Shown here one piece after another: positions 1 to 13,889 of a stretch of 64,000 bases of DNA. The translations under genes and the position numbers were made by a program. Under the pieces are notes generated by a model that saw only the letters and a list, made by a program, of their open reading frames with translations, ran no database searches and was not told the origin of the DNA. Source of the stretch: Eledone cirrhosa (Eukaryota); assembly GCA_964016885.1 (NCBI GenBank), contig OZ024744.1:16058001-16122000 (forward strand). Direction: 5' to 3'. The stretch's first letter is position 1. The number at the start of each line of letters is the position of its first letter.

Positions 1-2029
1 GAATATGAAGGAAATTGAAGGAGGAGAATATGAACGAAGTTGGAGAAGAAAAATATGAAGGAAGTTGAAGAAGGATAATCTGAAGGAAGTTGGAGGAGAG
101 TATGAAGGAAGTTGGAGAAGGAGAGTATGAAGGAAGTTGAAGGAGGAGAATATGAACGAAGTCGGAGAAGGAGAATATGAAGGAAGTTGAAGAAGGAGAA
201 TCAGAAGGAAGTTGGAGAAGGAGAATATGAAGGAAGTTGAAGGAGGAGAATATGAAGGAATTTGGAGAAGGAGAGTATGAAGAAAGTTGGAGAAGGAGAA
301 TATGAAGGAAGTTGGAGAAGGAGAGTATGAAGGAAATTGGAGAAGGAGAATATGAAGAAAGTTGAAGGAGGAGAGTATGAAGGAAGTTGGAGAAGGAGAG
401 TATGAAGGAAGTTGAAGAAGGAGAATCTGAAGGAAGTTGGGGAAGGAGAGTATGAAGGAAGTTGAAGGAGAAGAATATGAAGGAAGTTGAAGAAAGAGAA
501 TATGAAGGAAGATGGAGGAGGAGAGTATGAAGGAAGTTGGAGAAGGAGAGTATGAAGGAGGTTGGAGGACGAGCGTATGAAGGAAGTTGGAGGAGGAGAG
601 TATGAAGGAAGTTGAAGGAGGAGAATATGAAGGAATTTGGAAAAGGAGAGTATGAAGGAAGTTGGAGAAGGAGAATATGAAGGAAGTTGGAGAAGGAGAG
701 TATGAAGGAAATTGGAGAAGGAGAATATGAAGAAAGTTGAAGGAGGAGAGTATGAAGGACGTTGGAGAAGGAGAGTATGAAGGAAGTTGAAGAAGGAGAA
801 TCTGAAGGAAGTTGGGGAAGGAGAGTATGAAGGAAGTTGAAGAAGGAGAATCTGAAGGAAGTTGGAGCAGGAGAGTATGAAGGAAGTTGGAGAAGGAGAG
901 TATGAAGGAAGTTGGAGAAGGAGAGTATGAAGGAAGTTGAGGGAGGAGAATATGAACGAAGTTGGAGAAGGAGAATATGAAGGAAGTTGAAGAAGGAGAA
1001 TCAAAAGGAAGTTGGAGAAGGAGAATATGAAGGAATTTGAAGGAGGAGAATATGAAGGAATTTGGAGAAGGAGAGTATGAAGGAAGTTGGAGGAGGAGAG
1101 TATGAAGGAAGTTGGAGAAGGAGAGTATGAAGGAAGTTGGAGAAGGAGTATCTGAAGAAGTTGGAGAAGGAGAGTATGAAGGAAGTTGAAGGAGAAGAAT
1201 ATGAAGGAAGTTGAAGAAAGAGAATCTGAAGGAAGTTGGAGAAGGAGAATATGAAGGAAGTTGAAGGAGGAGAATATGAAGGAAGTTGGAGAAGGAGAAT
1301 CAGAAGGAAGTTGGAGAAGCACAGAATGAAGGAAGTTGAAGAAGGAGAATCTGAAGGAAGTTGGAGAAGGAGAGTATGAAGGAAGTTGGAGAAGGAGAGT
1401 ATGAAGGAAGTTGGAGAAGGAGAGTATGAAGGAAGTTGAAGGAGGAGAATATGAAGTAAGTTGAAGATGGAGAATCTGAAGGAAGTTGGAGGAGAATATG
1501 AAGGAAGTTGGAGAAGGAGAATATGAAGGAAGTTGAAGAAGGAGAATATAAACGAATTTGGAGAAGGAGAGTATGAAGGAAGTTGGAGAATGAGAATCTG
1601 AAGGAAGTTGGAGAAGGAGAGTATGAAGGAAGTTTGAGAAGGAGAATCTGAAGGAAGTTGGAGAAGGAGAGTACGAAGGAAGTTTGAGAAGGAGAATCTG
1701 AAGGAAGTTGGAGAAGGAGAGTATGAAGGAAATTGGAGAAGGAGAATATGAAGAAAGTTGAAGGAGGAGAGTATGAAGGAAGTTGGAGAAGGAGAGTATG
1801 AAGGAAGTTGTAGAAGGAGAATCTGAAGGAAGTTGGGGAAGGAGAGTATGAAGGAAGTTGAAGGAGAAGAATATGAAGGAAGTTGAAGAAAGAGAATATG
1901 AAGGAAGATGGAGGAGGAGAGTATGAAGGAAGTTGAAGGAGAAGAATATGAAGGAAGTTGAAGAAAGAGAATCTGAAGGAAGTTGGAGAAGGAGAATATG
2001 AAGGAAGTTGAAGGAGGAGAATATGAAGG

Positions 2030-5000
2030 AAGTTGGAGAAGGAGAGTCAGAAGGAAGTTGGAGAAGCACAGAATGAAGGAAGTTGAAGAAGGAGAATCTG
2101 AAAGAAGTTGGAGAAGGAGAGTATGAAGGAAGTTGAAGAAGGAGAATCTGAAGGAAGTTGGAGAAGGAGAGTATGAAGGAAGTTGAAGGAGAAGAATATG
2201 AAGGAAGTTGAAGAAGGAGAATCTGAAGGAAGTTGGAGCAGGAGAGTATGAAGGAAGTTGGAGAAGGAGAGTATGAAGGAAGTTGGAGAAGGAGAGTATG
2301 AAGGAAGTTGAAGGAGGAGAATATGAAGTAAGTTGAAGATCGAGAATCTGAAGGAAGTTGGAGGAGAATATGAAGGAAGTTGGAGAAGGAGAATATGAAG
2401 GAAGTTGAAGAAGGAGAATATAAACGAATTTGCAGAAGGAGAGTATGAAGGAAGTTGGAGAATGAGAATCTGAAGGAAGTTGGAGAAGGAGAGTATGAAG
2501 GAAGTTTGAGAAGGAGAATCTGAAGGAAGTTGGAGAAGGAGAGTACGAAGGAAGTTGAAGGAGAAGAATATGAAGGAAGTTGAAAAATGAGAATCTGAAG
2601 GAAGTTGGAGAAGGAGAATATAAAGGAAATTGAAGGAGGAGAATGTGGACGAAGTTGGAGAAGGAGAATATGAAGGAAGTTGAAGGAGGAGAATATTAAG
2701 GAAGTTGAAGGAGGAGAATATGAACGAAGTTGGAGAAGAAGAATATGAAGGAAGTTGAAGAAGGAGAATCTGAAGGAAGTTGGAGGAGAGTATGAAGGAA
2801 GTTGGAGAAGGAGAGTATGAAGGAAGTTGAAGGAGGAGAATATGAACGATGTTGGAGAAGGAGAATATGAAGGAAGTTGAAGAAGGAGAATCAGAAGGAA
2901 GTTGGAGAAGGAGAGTATGAAGGAAGTTGGAGAAGGAGAATATGAAGGAAGTTGAAGGAGGAGAATCTGAAGGAAGTTGGAGGAGAGTATGAAGGAAGTT
3001 GGAGAATGAGAGTATGAAGGAAGTTGAAGAAGGAGAATATGAACGAAGTTGGAGAAGGAGAATATGAAGGAAGTTGAAGTAGGAGAATATGAAGGAAGTT
3101 GAAGAAGGAGAATCAGAAGGAAGTTGGAGAAGGAGAGTATGAAGGAAGTTGAAACAGGAGAATCTGAAAGAAGTTGGAGTGGTAGAGTATGAAGGAAGTT
3201 GGAGAAGGAGATTATGAAGGATGTTGAAGGAGGAGAATATGAAGGAATTTGGAGAAGGAGAGTATGATGGAAGTTGGAAAAGGAGAATATGAAGGAAGTT
3301 GGAGAAGGAGAGTATGAAGGAAGTTGGAGAAGGAGAATATGAAGAAAGTTGGAGAAGGAGAGTATGAAGGAAGTTGAAGGAGAAGAATATGTAGGAAGTT
3401 GAAGAAGGAGAATCTGAAGGAAGTTGGAGAAGGAGAGTATGAAGGAAGTTGGAGAAGGTGAGTATGAAGGAAGTTGGAGAAGGAGAGTATGAAGGAAGTT
3501 GAAGGAGGAGAATATGAAGTAAGTTGAAGAAGGAGAATCTGAAGGAAGTTGGAGGAGAGTATGAAGGAAGTTGGAGAAGGAGAATATGAAGGAAGTTGAA
3601 GGAGGAGAATATAAACGAATTTGGAGAAGGAGAGTATGAAGGAAGTTGGAGAATGAGAATCTGAAGGAAGTTGGTGAAGGATAGTATGAAGGAAGTTTGA
3701 GAAGGAGAATCTGAAGGATGTTGGAGAAGGAGAGTACGAAGGAAGTTGAAGGAGAAGAATATGAAGGAAGTTGAAGAAGGAGAATATGAAGGAAGTTGGA
3801 GAAGGAGAGTATGAAGGAAGTTGGAGAAGGAGAATATGAAGGAAATTGAAGGAGGAGAATATGAACGAAGTTGGAGAAGAAAAATATGAAGGAAGTTGAA
3901 GAAGGATAATCTGAAGGAAGTTGGAGGAGAGTATGAAGGAAGTTGGAGAAGGAGAGTATGAAGGAAGTTGAAGGAGGAGAATATGAACGAAGTTGGAGAA
4001 GGAGAATATGAAGGAAGCTGAAGAAGGAGAATCAGAAGGAAGTTGGAGAAGGAGAATATGAAGGAAGTTGAAGGAGGAGAATATGAAGGAATTTGGAAAA
4101 GGAGAGTATGAAGGAAGTTGGAGAAGGAGAATATGAAGGAAGTTGGAGAAGGAGAGTATGAAGGAAATTGGAGAAGGAGAATATGAAGAAAGTTGAAGGA
4201 GGAGAGTATGAAGGACGTTGGAGAAGGAGAGTATGAAGGAAGTTGAAGAAGGAGAATCTGAAGGAAGTTGGGGAAGGAGAGTATGAAGGAAGTTGAAGAA
4301 GGAGAATCTGAAGGAAGTTGGAGCAGGAGAGTATGAAGGAAGTTGGAGAAGGAGAGTATGAAGGAAGTTGGAGAAGGAGAGTATGAAGGAAGTTGAAGGA
4401 GGAGAATATGAAGTAAGTTGAAGATCGAGAATCTGAAGGAAGTTGGAGGAGAATATGAAGGAAGTTGGAGAAGGAGAATATGAAGGAAGTTGAAGAAGGA
4501 GAATATAAACGAATTTGGAGAAGGAGAGTATGAAGGAAGTTGGAGAATGAGAATCTGAAGGAAGTTGGAGAAGGAGAGTATGAAGGAAGTTTGAGAAGGA
4601 GAATCTGAAGGAAGTTGGAGAAGGAGAGTACGAAGGATGTTGAAGGAGAAGAATATGAAGGAAGTTGAAAAATGAGAATCTGAAGGAAGTTGGAGAAGGA
4701 GAATATAAAGGAAATTGAAGGAGGAGAATGTGGACGAAGTTGGAAAAGGAGAATATGAAGGAAGTTGAAGGAGGAGAATATTAAGGAAGTTGAAGGAGGA
4801 GAATATGAACGAAGTTGGAGAAGAAGAATATGAAGGAAGTTGAAGGAGAATCTGAAGGAAGTTGGAGGAGAGTATGAAGGAAGTTGGAGAAGGAGAGTAT
4901 GAAGGAAGTTGAAGGAGGAGAATATGAACGAAGTTGGAGAAGGAGAATATGAAGGAAGTTGAAGAAGGAGAATAAAAGGAAGTTGGAGAAGGAGAGTATG

Positions 5001-8000
5001 AAGGAAGTTGGAGAAGGAGAATATGAAGGAAGTTGAAGGAGGAGAATATGAAGGAAGTTGGAGAAGGAGAGTATGAAGGAAGTTGGAGAAGGAGAATATG
5101 AAGGAAGTCGGAGAAGGAGAGTATGAAGGAAGTTGGAGAAGGAGAATATGAAGAAAGTTGAAGGAGGAGAGTATGAAGGAAGTTGAAGGAGAAGAATATG
5201 AAGGAAGTTGAAGAAGGAGAATCTGAAGGAAGTTGGAGAAGGAGAATATAAAGGTAATTGAAGGAGGAGAATGTGGACGAAGTTGGAGAAGGAGAATATG
5301 AAGGAAGTTGAAGGAGGAGAATATTAAGGAAGTTGAAGGAGGAGAATCAGAAGGAAGTTGGAGAAGGAGAATATGAAGGAAGTTGAAGGAGGAGAATATA
5401 AACGAATTTGGAGAAGGAGAGTATGAAGGAAGTTGGAGAATGAGAATGTGAAGGAAGTTGGAGAAGGAGAGTATGAAGGAAGTTTGAGAAGGAGAATCTG
5501 AAGGATGTTGGAGAAGGAGAGTACGAAGGAAGTTGAAGGAGAAGAATATGAAGAAAGTTGAAGAAGGAGAATCTGAAGGAAGTTGGAGAAGGAGAGTATG
5601 AAGGAAGTTGGAGAAGGAGAATATGAAGGAAATTGAAGGAGGAGAATATGACCGAAGTTGGAGAAGGAGAATATGAAGGAAGTTGAAGAAGGAGAATCTG
5701 AAGGAAGTTGGAGGAGAGTATGAAGGAAGTTGGAGAAGGAGAGTATAAAGGAAGTTGAAGGAGGAGAATCAGAAGGAAGTTGGAGAAGGAGAGTATGAAG
5801 GAAGTTGGAGAAGGAGAATATGAAGAAAGTTGAAGGGGGAGAGTATGAAGGAAGTTGCAGAAGGAGAGTATGAAGGAAGTTGAAGAAGGAGAATCTGAAG
5901 GAAGTTGGGGAAGGAGAGTATGAAGGAAGTTGAAGGAGGAGAATATGAAGTAAGTTGAAGATCGAGAATCTGAAGGAAGTTGGAGGAGAATATGAAGGAA
6001 GTTGGAGAAGGAGAATATGAAGGAAGTTGAAGAAGGAGAATATAAACGAATTTGCAGAAGGAGAGTATGAAGGAAGTTGGAGAATGAGAATCTGAAGGAA
6101 GTTGGAGAAGGAGAGTCAGAAGGAAGTTGGAGAAGCACAGAATGAAGGAAGTTGAAGAAGGAGAATCTGAAAGAAGTTGGAGAAGGAGAGTATGAAGGAA
6201 GTTGAAGAAGGAGAAGCTGAAGGAAGTTGGAGAAGGAGAGTATGAAGGAAGTTGAAGGAGAAGAATATGAAGGAAGTTGAAGAAGGAGAATCTGAAGGAA
6301 GTTGGAGCAGGAGAGTATGAAGGAAGTTGGAGAAGGAGAGTATGAAGGAAGTTGGAGAAGGAGAGTATGAAGGAAGTTGAAGGAGGAGAATATGAAGTAA
6401 GTTGAAGATCGAGAATCTGAAGGAAGTTGGAGGAGAATATGAAGGAAGTTGGAGAAGGAGAATATGAAGGAAGTTGAAGAAGGAGAATATAAACGAATTT
6501 GCAGAAGGAGAGTATGAAGGAAGTTGGAGAATGAGAATCTGAAGGAAGTTGGAGAAGGAGAGTATGAAGGAAGTTTGAGAAGGAGAATCTGAAGGAAGTT
6601 GGAGAAGGAGAGTACGAAGGAAGTTGAAGGAGAAGAATATGAAGGAAGTTGAAAAATGAGAATCTGAAGGAAGTTGGAGAAGGAGAATATAAAGGAAATT
6701 GAAGGAGGAGAATGTGGACGAAGTTGGAGAAGGAGAATATGAAGGAAGTTGAAGGAGGAGAATATTAAGGAAGTTGAAGGAGGAGAATATGAACGAAGTT
6801 GGAGAAGAAGAATATGAAGGAAGTTGAAGAAGGAGAATCTGAAGGAAGTTGGAGGAGAGTATGAAGGAAGTTGGAGAAGGAGAGTATGAAGGAAGTTGAA
6901 GGAGGAGAATATGAACGATGTTGGAGAAGGAGAATATGAAGGAAGTTGAAGAAGGAGAATCAGAAGGAAGTTGGAGAAGGAGAGTATGAAGGAAGTTGGA
7001 GAAGGAGAATATGAAGGAAGTTGAAGGAGGAGAATCTGAAGGAAGTTGGAGGAGAGTATGAAGGAAGTTGGAGAATGAGAGTATGAAGGAAGTTGAAGAA
7101 GGAGAATATGAACGAAGTTGGAGAAGGAGAATATGAAGGAAGTTGAAGTAGGAGAATATGAAGGAAGTTGAAGAAGGAGAATCAGAAGGAAGTTGGAGAA
7201 GGAGAGTATGAAGGAAGTTGAAACAGGAGAATCTGAAAGAAGTTGGAGTGGTAGAGTATGAAGGAAGTTGGAGAAGGAGATTATGAAGGATGTTGAAGGA
7301 GGAGAATATGAAGGAAGTTGGAGAAGGAGAGTATGATGGAAGTTGGAGAAGGAGAATATGAAGGAAGTTGGAGAAGGAGAGTATGAAGGAAGTTGGAGAA
7401 GGAGAATATGAAGAAAGTTGGAGAAGGAGAGTATGAAGGAAGTTGAAGGAGAAGAATATGTAGGAAGTTGAAGAAGGAGAATCTGAAGGAAGTTGGAGAA
7501 GGAGAGTATGAAGGAAGTTGGAGAAGGTGAGTATGAAGGAAGTTGGAGAAGGAGAGTATGAAGGAAGTTGAAGGAGGAGAATATGAAGTAAGTTGAAGAA
7601 GGAGAATCTGAAGGAAGTTGGAGGAGAGTATGAAGGAAGTTGGAGAAGGAGAATATGAAGGAAGTTGAAGGAGGAGAATATAAACGAATTTGGAGAAGGA
7701 GAGTATGAAGGAAGTTGGAGAATGAGAATCTGAAGGAAGTTGGTGAAGGATAGTATGAAGGAAGTTTGAGAAGGAGAATCTGAAGGATGTTGGAGAAGGA
7801 GAGTACGAAGGAAGTTGAAGGAGAAGAATATGAAGGAAGTTGAAGAAGGAGAATATGAAGGAAGTTGGAGAAGGAGAGTATGAAGGAAGTTGGAGAAGGA
7901 GAATATGAAGGAAATTGAAGGAGGAGAATATGAACGAAGTTGGAGAAGAAAAATATGAAGGAAGTTGAAGAAGGATAATCTGAAGGAAGTTGGAGGAGAG

Positions 8001-11000
8001 TATGAAGGAAGTTGGAGAAGGAGAGTATGAAGGAAGTTGAAGGAGGAGAATATGAAGGAATTTGGAAAAGGAGAGTATGAAGGAAGTTGGAGAAGGAGAA
8101 TATGAAGGAAGTTGGAGAAGGAGAGTATGAAGGAAATTGGAGAAGGAGAATATGAAGAAAGTTGAAGGAGGAGAGTATGAAGGACGTTGGAGAAGGAGAG
8201 TATGAAGGAAGTTGAAGAAGGAGAATCTGAAGGAAGTTGGGGAAGGAGAGTATGAAGGAAGTTGAAGAAGGAGAATCTGAAGGAAGTTGGAGCAGGAGAG
8301 TATGAAGGAAGTTGGAGAAGGAGAGTATGAAGGAAGTTGGAGAAGGAGAGTATGAAGGAAGTTGAAGGAGGAGAATATGAAGTAAGTTGAAGATCGAGAA
8401 TCTGAAGGAAGTTGGAGGAGAATATGAAGGAAGTTGGAGAAGGAGAATATGAAGGAAGTTGAAGAAGGAGAATATAAACGAATTTGGAGAAGGAGAGTAT
8501 GAAGGAAGTTGGAGAATGAGAATCTGAAGGAAGTTGGAGAAGGAGAGTATGAAGGAAGTTTGAGAAGGAGAATCTGAAGGAAGTTGGAGAAGGAGAGTAC
8601 GAAGGATGTTGAAGGAGAAGAATATGAAGGAAGTTGAAAAATGAGAATCTGAAGGAAGTTGGAGAAGGAGAATATAAAGGAAATTGAAGGAGGAGAATGT
8701 GGACGAAGTTGGAAAAGGAGAATATGAAGGAAGTTGAAGGAGGAGAATATTAAGGAAGTTGAAGGAGGAGAATATGAACGAAGTTGGAGAAGAAGAATAT
8801 GAAGGAAGTTGAAGGAGAATCTGAAGGAAGTTGGAGGAGAGTATGAAGGAAGTTGGAGAAGGAGAGTATGAAGGAAGTTGAAGGAGGAGAATATGAACGA
8901 AGTTGGAGAAGGAGAATATGAAGGAAGTTGAAGAAGGAGAATCAGAAGGAAGTTGGAGAAGGAGAGTATGAAGGAAGTTGGAGAAGGAGAATATGAAGGA
9001 AGTTGAAGGAGGAGAATATGAAGGAAGTTGGAGAAGGAGAGTATGAAGGAAGTTGGAGAAGGAGAATATGAAGGAAGTCGGAGAAGGAGAGTATGAAGGA
9101 AGTTGGAGAAGGAGAATATGAAGAAAGTTGAAGGAGGAGAGTATGAAGGAAGTTGAAGGAGAAGAATATGAAGGAAGTTGAAGAAGGAGAATCTGAAGGA
9201 AGTTGGAGAAGGAGAATATAAAGGAAATTGAAGGAGGAGAATGTGGACGAAGTTGGAGAAGGAGAATATGAAGGAAGTTGAAGGAGGAGAATATTAAGGA
9301 AGTTGAAGGAGGAGAATCAGAAGGAAGTTGGAGAAGGAGAATATGAAGGAAGTTGAAGGAGGAGAATATAAACGAATTTGGAGAAGGAGAGTATGAAGGA
9401 AGTTGGAGAATGAGAATGTGAAGGAAGTTGGAGAAGGAGAGTATGAAGGAAGTTTGAGAAGGAGAATCTGAAGGATGTTGGAGAAGGAGAGTACGAAGGA
9501 AGTTGAAGGAGAAGAATATGAAGAAAGTTGAAGAAGGAGAATCTGAAGGAAGTTGGAGAAGGAGAGTATGAAGGAAGTTGGAGAAGGAGAATATGAAGGA
9601 AATTGAAGGAGGAGAATATGACAGAAGTTGGAGAAGGAGAATATGAAGGAAGTTGAAGAAGGAGAATCTGAAGGAAGTTGGAGGAGAGTATGAAGGAAGT
9701 TGGAGAAGGAGAGTATGAAGGAAGTTGAAGGAGGAGAATCAGAAGGAAGTTGGAGAAGGAGAGTATGAAGGAAGTTGGAGAAGGAGAATATGAAGAAAGT
9801 TGAAGGGGGAGAGTATGAAGGAAGTTGCAGAAGGAGAGTATGAAGGAAGTTGAAGAAGGAGAATCTGAAGGAAGTTGGGGAAGGAGAGTATGAAGGAAGT
9901 TGAAGGAGGAGAATATGAAGTAAGTTGAAGATCGAGAATCTGAAGGAAGTTGGAGGAGAATATGAAGGAAGTTGGAGAAGGAGAATATGAAGGAAGTTGA
10001 AGAAGGAGAATATAAACGAATTTGCAGAAGGAGAGTATGAAGGAAGTTGGAGAATGAGAATCTGAAGGAAGTTGGAGAAGGAGAGTCAGAAGGAAGTTGG
10101 AGAAGCACAGAATGAAGGAAGTTGAAGAAGGAGAATCTGAAAGAAGTTGGAGAAGGAGAGTATGAAGGAAGTTGAAGAAGGAGAATCTGAAGGAAGTTGG
10201 AGAAGGAGAGTATGAAGGAAGTTGAAGGAGAAGAATATGAAGGAAGTTGAAGAAGGAGAATCTGAAGGAAGTTGGAGCAGGAGAGTATGAAGGAAGTTGG
10301 AGAAGGAGAGTATGAAGGAAGTTGGAGAAGGAGAGTATGAAGGAAGTTGAAGGAGGAGAATATGAAGTAAGTTGAAGATCGAGAATCTGAAGGAAGTTGG
10401 AGGAGAATATGAAGGAAGTTGGAGAAGGAGAATATGAAGGAAGTTGAAGAAGGAGAATATAAACGAATTTGCAGAAGGAGAGTATGAAGGAAGTTGGAGA
10501 ATGAGAATCTGAAGGAAGTTGGAGAAGGAGAGTATGAAGGAAGTTTGAGAAGGAGAATCTGAAGGAAGTTGGAGAAGGAGAGTACGAAGGAAGTTGAAGG
10601 AGAAGAATATGAAGGAAGTTGAAAAATGAGAATCTGAAGGAAGTTGGAGAAGGAGAATATAAAGGAAATTGAAGGAGGAGAATGTGGACGAAGTTGGAGA
10701 AGGAGAATATGAAGGAAGTTGAAGGAGGAGAATATTAAGGAAGTTGAAGGAGGAGAATATGAACGAAGTTGGAGAAGAAGAATATGAAGGAAGTTGAAGA
10801 AGGAGAATCTGAAGGAAGTTGGAGGAGAGTATGAAGGAAGTTGGAGAAGGAGAGTATGAAGGAAGTTGAAGGAGGAGAATATGAACGATGTTGGAGAAGG
10901 AGAATATGAAGGAAGTTGAAGAAGGAGAATCAGAAGGAAGTTGGAGAAGGAGAGTATGAAGGAAGTTGGAGAAGGAGAATATGAAGGAAGTTGAAGGAGG

Positions 11001-12250
11001 AGAATCTGAAGGAAGTTGGAGGAGAGTATGAAGGAAGTTGGAGAATGAGAGTATGAAGGAAGTTGAAGAAGGAGAATATGAACGAAGTTGGAGAAGGAGA
11101 ATATGAAGGAAGTTGAAGTAGGAGAATATGAAGGAAGTTGAAGAAGGAGAATCAGAAGGAAGTTGGAGAAGGAGAGTATGAAGGAAGTTGAAACAGGAGA
11201 ATCTGAAAGAAGTTGGAGTGGTAGAGTATGAAGGAAGTTGGAGAAGGAGATTATGAAGGATGTTGAAGGAGGAGAATATGAAGGAAGTTGGAGAAGGAGA
11301 GTATGATGGAAGTTGGAGAAGGAGAATATGAAGGAAGTTGGAGAAGGAGAGTATGAAGGAAGTTGGAGAAGGAGAATATGAAGAAAGTTGGAGAAGGAGA
11401 GTATGAAGGAAGTTGAAGGAGAAGAATATGTAGGAAGTTGAAGAAGGAGAATCTGAAGGAAGTTGGAGAAGGAGAGTATGAAGGAAGTTGGAGAAGGTGA
11501 GTATGAAGGAAGTTGGAGAAGGAGAGTATGAAGGAAGTTGAAGGAGGAGAATATGAAGTAAGTTGAAGAAGGAGAATCTGAAGGAAGTTGGAGGAGAGTA
11601 TGAAGGAAGTTGGAGAAGGAGAATATGAAGGAAGTTGAAGGAGGAGAATATAAACGAATTTGGAGAAGGAGAGTATGAAGGAAGTTGGAGAATGAGAATC
11701 TGAAGGAAGTTGGTGAAGGAGAGTATGAAGGAAGTTTGAGAAGGAGAATCTGAAGGATGTTGGAGAAGGAGAGTACGAAGGAAGTTGAAGGAGAAGAATA
11801 TGAAGGAAGTTGAAGAAGGAGAATATGAAGGAAGTTGGAGAAGGAGAGTATGAAGGAAGTTGGAGAAGGAGAATATGAAGGAAATTGAAGGAGGAGAATA
11901 TGAACGAAGTTGGAGAAGAAAAATATGAAGGAAGTTGAAGAAGGATAATCTGAAGGAAGTTGGAGGAGAGTATGAAGGAAGTTGGAGAAGGAGAGTATGA
12001 AGGAAGTTGAAGGAGGAGAATATGAACGAAGTTGGAGAAGGAGAATATGAAGGAAGCTGAAGAAGGAGAATCAGAAGGAAGTTGGAGAAGGAGAATATGA
12101 AGGAAGTTGAAGGAGGAGAATATGAAGGAATTTGGAAAAGGAGAGTATGAAGGAAGTTGGAGAAGGAGAATATGAAGGAAGTTGGAGAAGGAGAGTATGA
12201 AGGAAATTGGAGAAGGAGAATATGAAGAAAGTTGAAGGAGGAGAGTATGA
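2030..12250. repeat. ~4.0-kb higher-order repeat: two full copies (~2030-6100, ~6100-10070) plus the first part of a third
   Basis: Rare markers recur at identical spacings of 4069 and 3970 bp: GCACAGAAT at 2066/6135/10105 and AAGTTGGAGTGGTAG at 3171/7240/11210. The near-identical ORF-track entries 5347..6138 and 9317..10108 are also 3970 bp apart. Confidence 0.93.
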
Positions 12251-12369
12251 AGGAAGCTTGAGAAGGAGAATCTGAAGGATGTTGGAGAAGGAGAATCTGA
12301 AGGAAGTTGGGGAAGGAGAGTATGAAGGAAGTTGAAGGAGAAGAATATGAAGGAAGTTGAAGAAGGAGA

Positions 12370-13540
12370 ATATGAAGGAAGTTGGAGAAGGAGAGTATGA
12401 AGGAAGTTGGAGAAGGAGAATATGAAGGAAATTGAAGGAGGAGAATATGAAGGAAGTTGGAGAAGGAGAGTATGAAGGAAGTTGGAGAAGGAGAATATGA
12501 AGGAAGTTGGAGAAGGAGAGTATGAAGGAAGTTGGAGAAGGAGAGTATGAAGGAAGTTGGAGAAGGAGAATATGAAGGAAATTGAAGGAGGAGAATATGA
12601 ACGAAGTTGGAGAAGAAAAATATGAAGGAAGTTGAAGAAGGATAATCTGAAGGAAGTTGGAGGAGAGTATGAAGGAAGTTGGAGAAGGAGAGTATGAAGG
12701 AAGTTGAAGGAGGAGAATATAAACGAATTTGGAGCAGGAGAGTATGAAGGAAGTTGGAGAATGAGAATCTGAAGGAAGTTGGAGAAGGAGAGTATGAAGG
12801 AAGCTTGAGAAGGAGAATCTGAAGGATGTTGGAGAAGGAGAGTACGAAGGAAGTTGAAGGAGAAGAATATGAAGGAAGTTGAAGAAGGAGAATATGAAGG
12901 AAGTTGGAGAAGGAGAGTATGAAGGAAGTTGTAGAAGGAGAATATGAAGGAAATTGAAGGAGGAGAATATGAACGAAGTTGGAGAAGAAAAATATGAAGG
13001 AAGTTGAAGAAGGATAATCTGAAGGAAGTTGGAGGAGAGTATGAAGGAAGTTGGAGAAGGAGAGTATGAAGGAAGTTGAAGGAGGAGAATATGAACGAAG
13101 TCGGAGAAGGAGAATATGAAGGAAGTTGAAGAAGGAGAATCAGAAGGAAGTTGGAGAAGGAGAATATGAAGGAAGTTGAAGGAGGAGAATATGAAGGAAT
13201 TTGGAGAAGGAGAGTATGAAGAAAGTTGGAGAAGGAGAATATGAAGGAAGTTGGAGAAGGAGAGTATGAAGGAAATTGGAGAAGGAGAATATGAAGAAAG
13301 TTGAAGGAGGAGAGTATGAAGGAAGTTGGAGAAGGAGAGTATGAAGGAAGTTGAAGAAGGAGAATCTGAAGGAAGTTGGGGAAGGAGAGTATGAAGGAAG
13401 TTGAAGGAGAAGAATATGAAGGAAGTTGAAGAAAGAGAATATGAAGGAAGATGGAGGAGGAGAGTATGAAGGAAGTTGGAGAAGGAGAGTATGAAGGAGG
13501 TTGGAGGACGAGCGTATGAAGGAAGTTGGAGGAGGAGAGT
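12370..13540. repeat. Dispersed ~1.2-kb monomer block, also at ~18290-19460 and ~25560-26730, with its right part at 1-600
   Basis: AGAAGAAAAA at 12611/18531 and TTGGAGGACGAGCGT at 13501/19421 (offset 5920). The latter marker is also at 26690 and 562. Positions 1-~940 match 12940-~13880 (offset 12939). Confidence 0.85.
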
Positions 13541-13889
13541 ATGAAGGAAGTTGAAGGAGGAGAATATGAAGGAATTTGGAAAAGGAGAGTATGAAGGAAG
13601 TTGGAGAAGGAGAATATGAAGGAAGTTGGAGAAGGAGAGTATGAAGGAAATTGGAGAAGGAGAATATGAAGAAAGTTGAAGGAGGAGAGTATGAAGGACG
13701 TTGGAGAAGGAGAGTATGAAGGAAGTTGAAGAAGGAGAATCTGAAGGAAGTTGGGGAAGGAGAGTATGAAGGAAGTTGAAGAAGGAGAATCTGAAGGAAG
13801 TTGGAGCAGGAGAGTATGAAGGAAGTTGGAGAAGGAGAGTATGAAGGAAGTTGGAGAAGGAGAGTATGAAGGAAGTTGAAGGAGGAGAA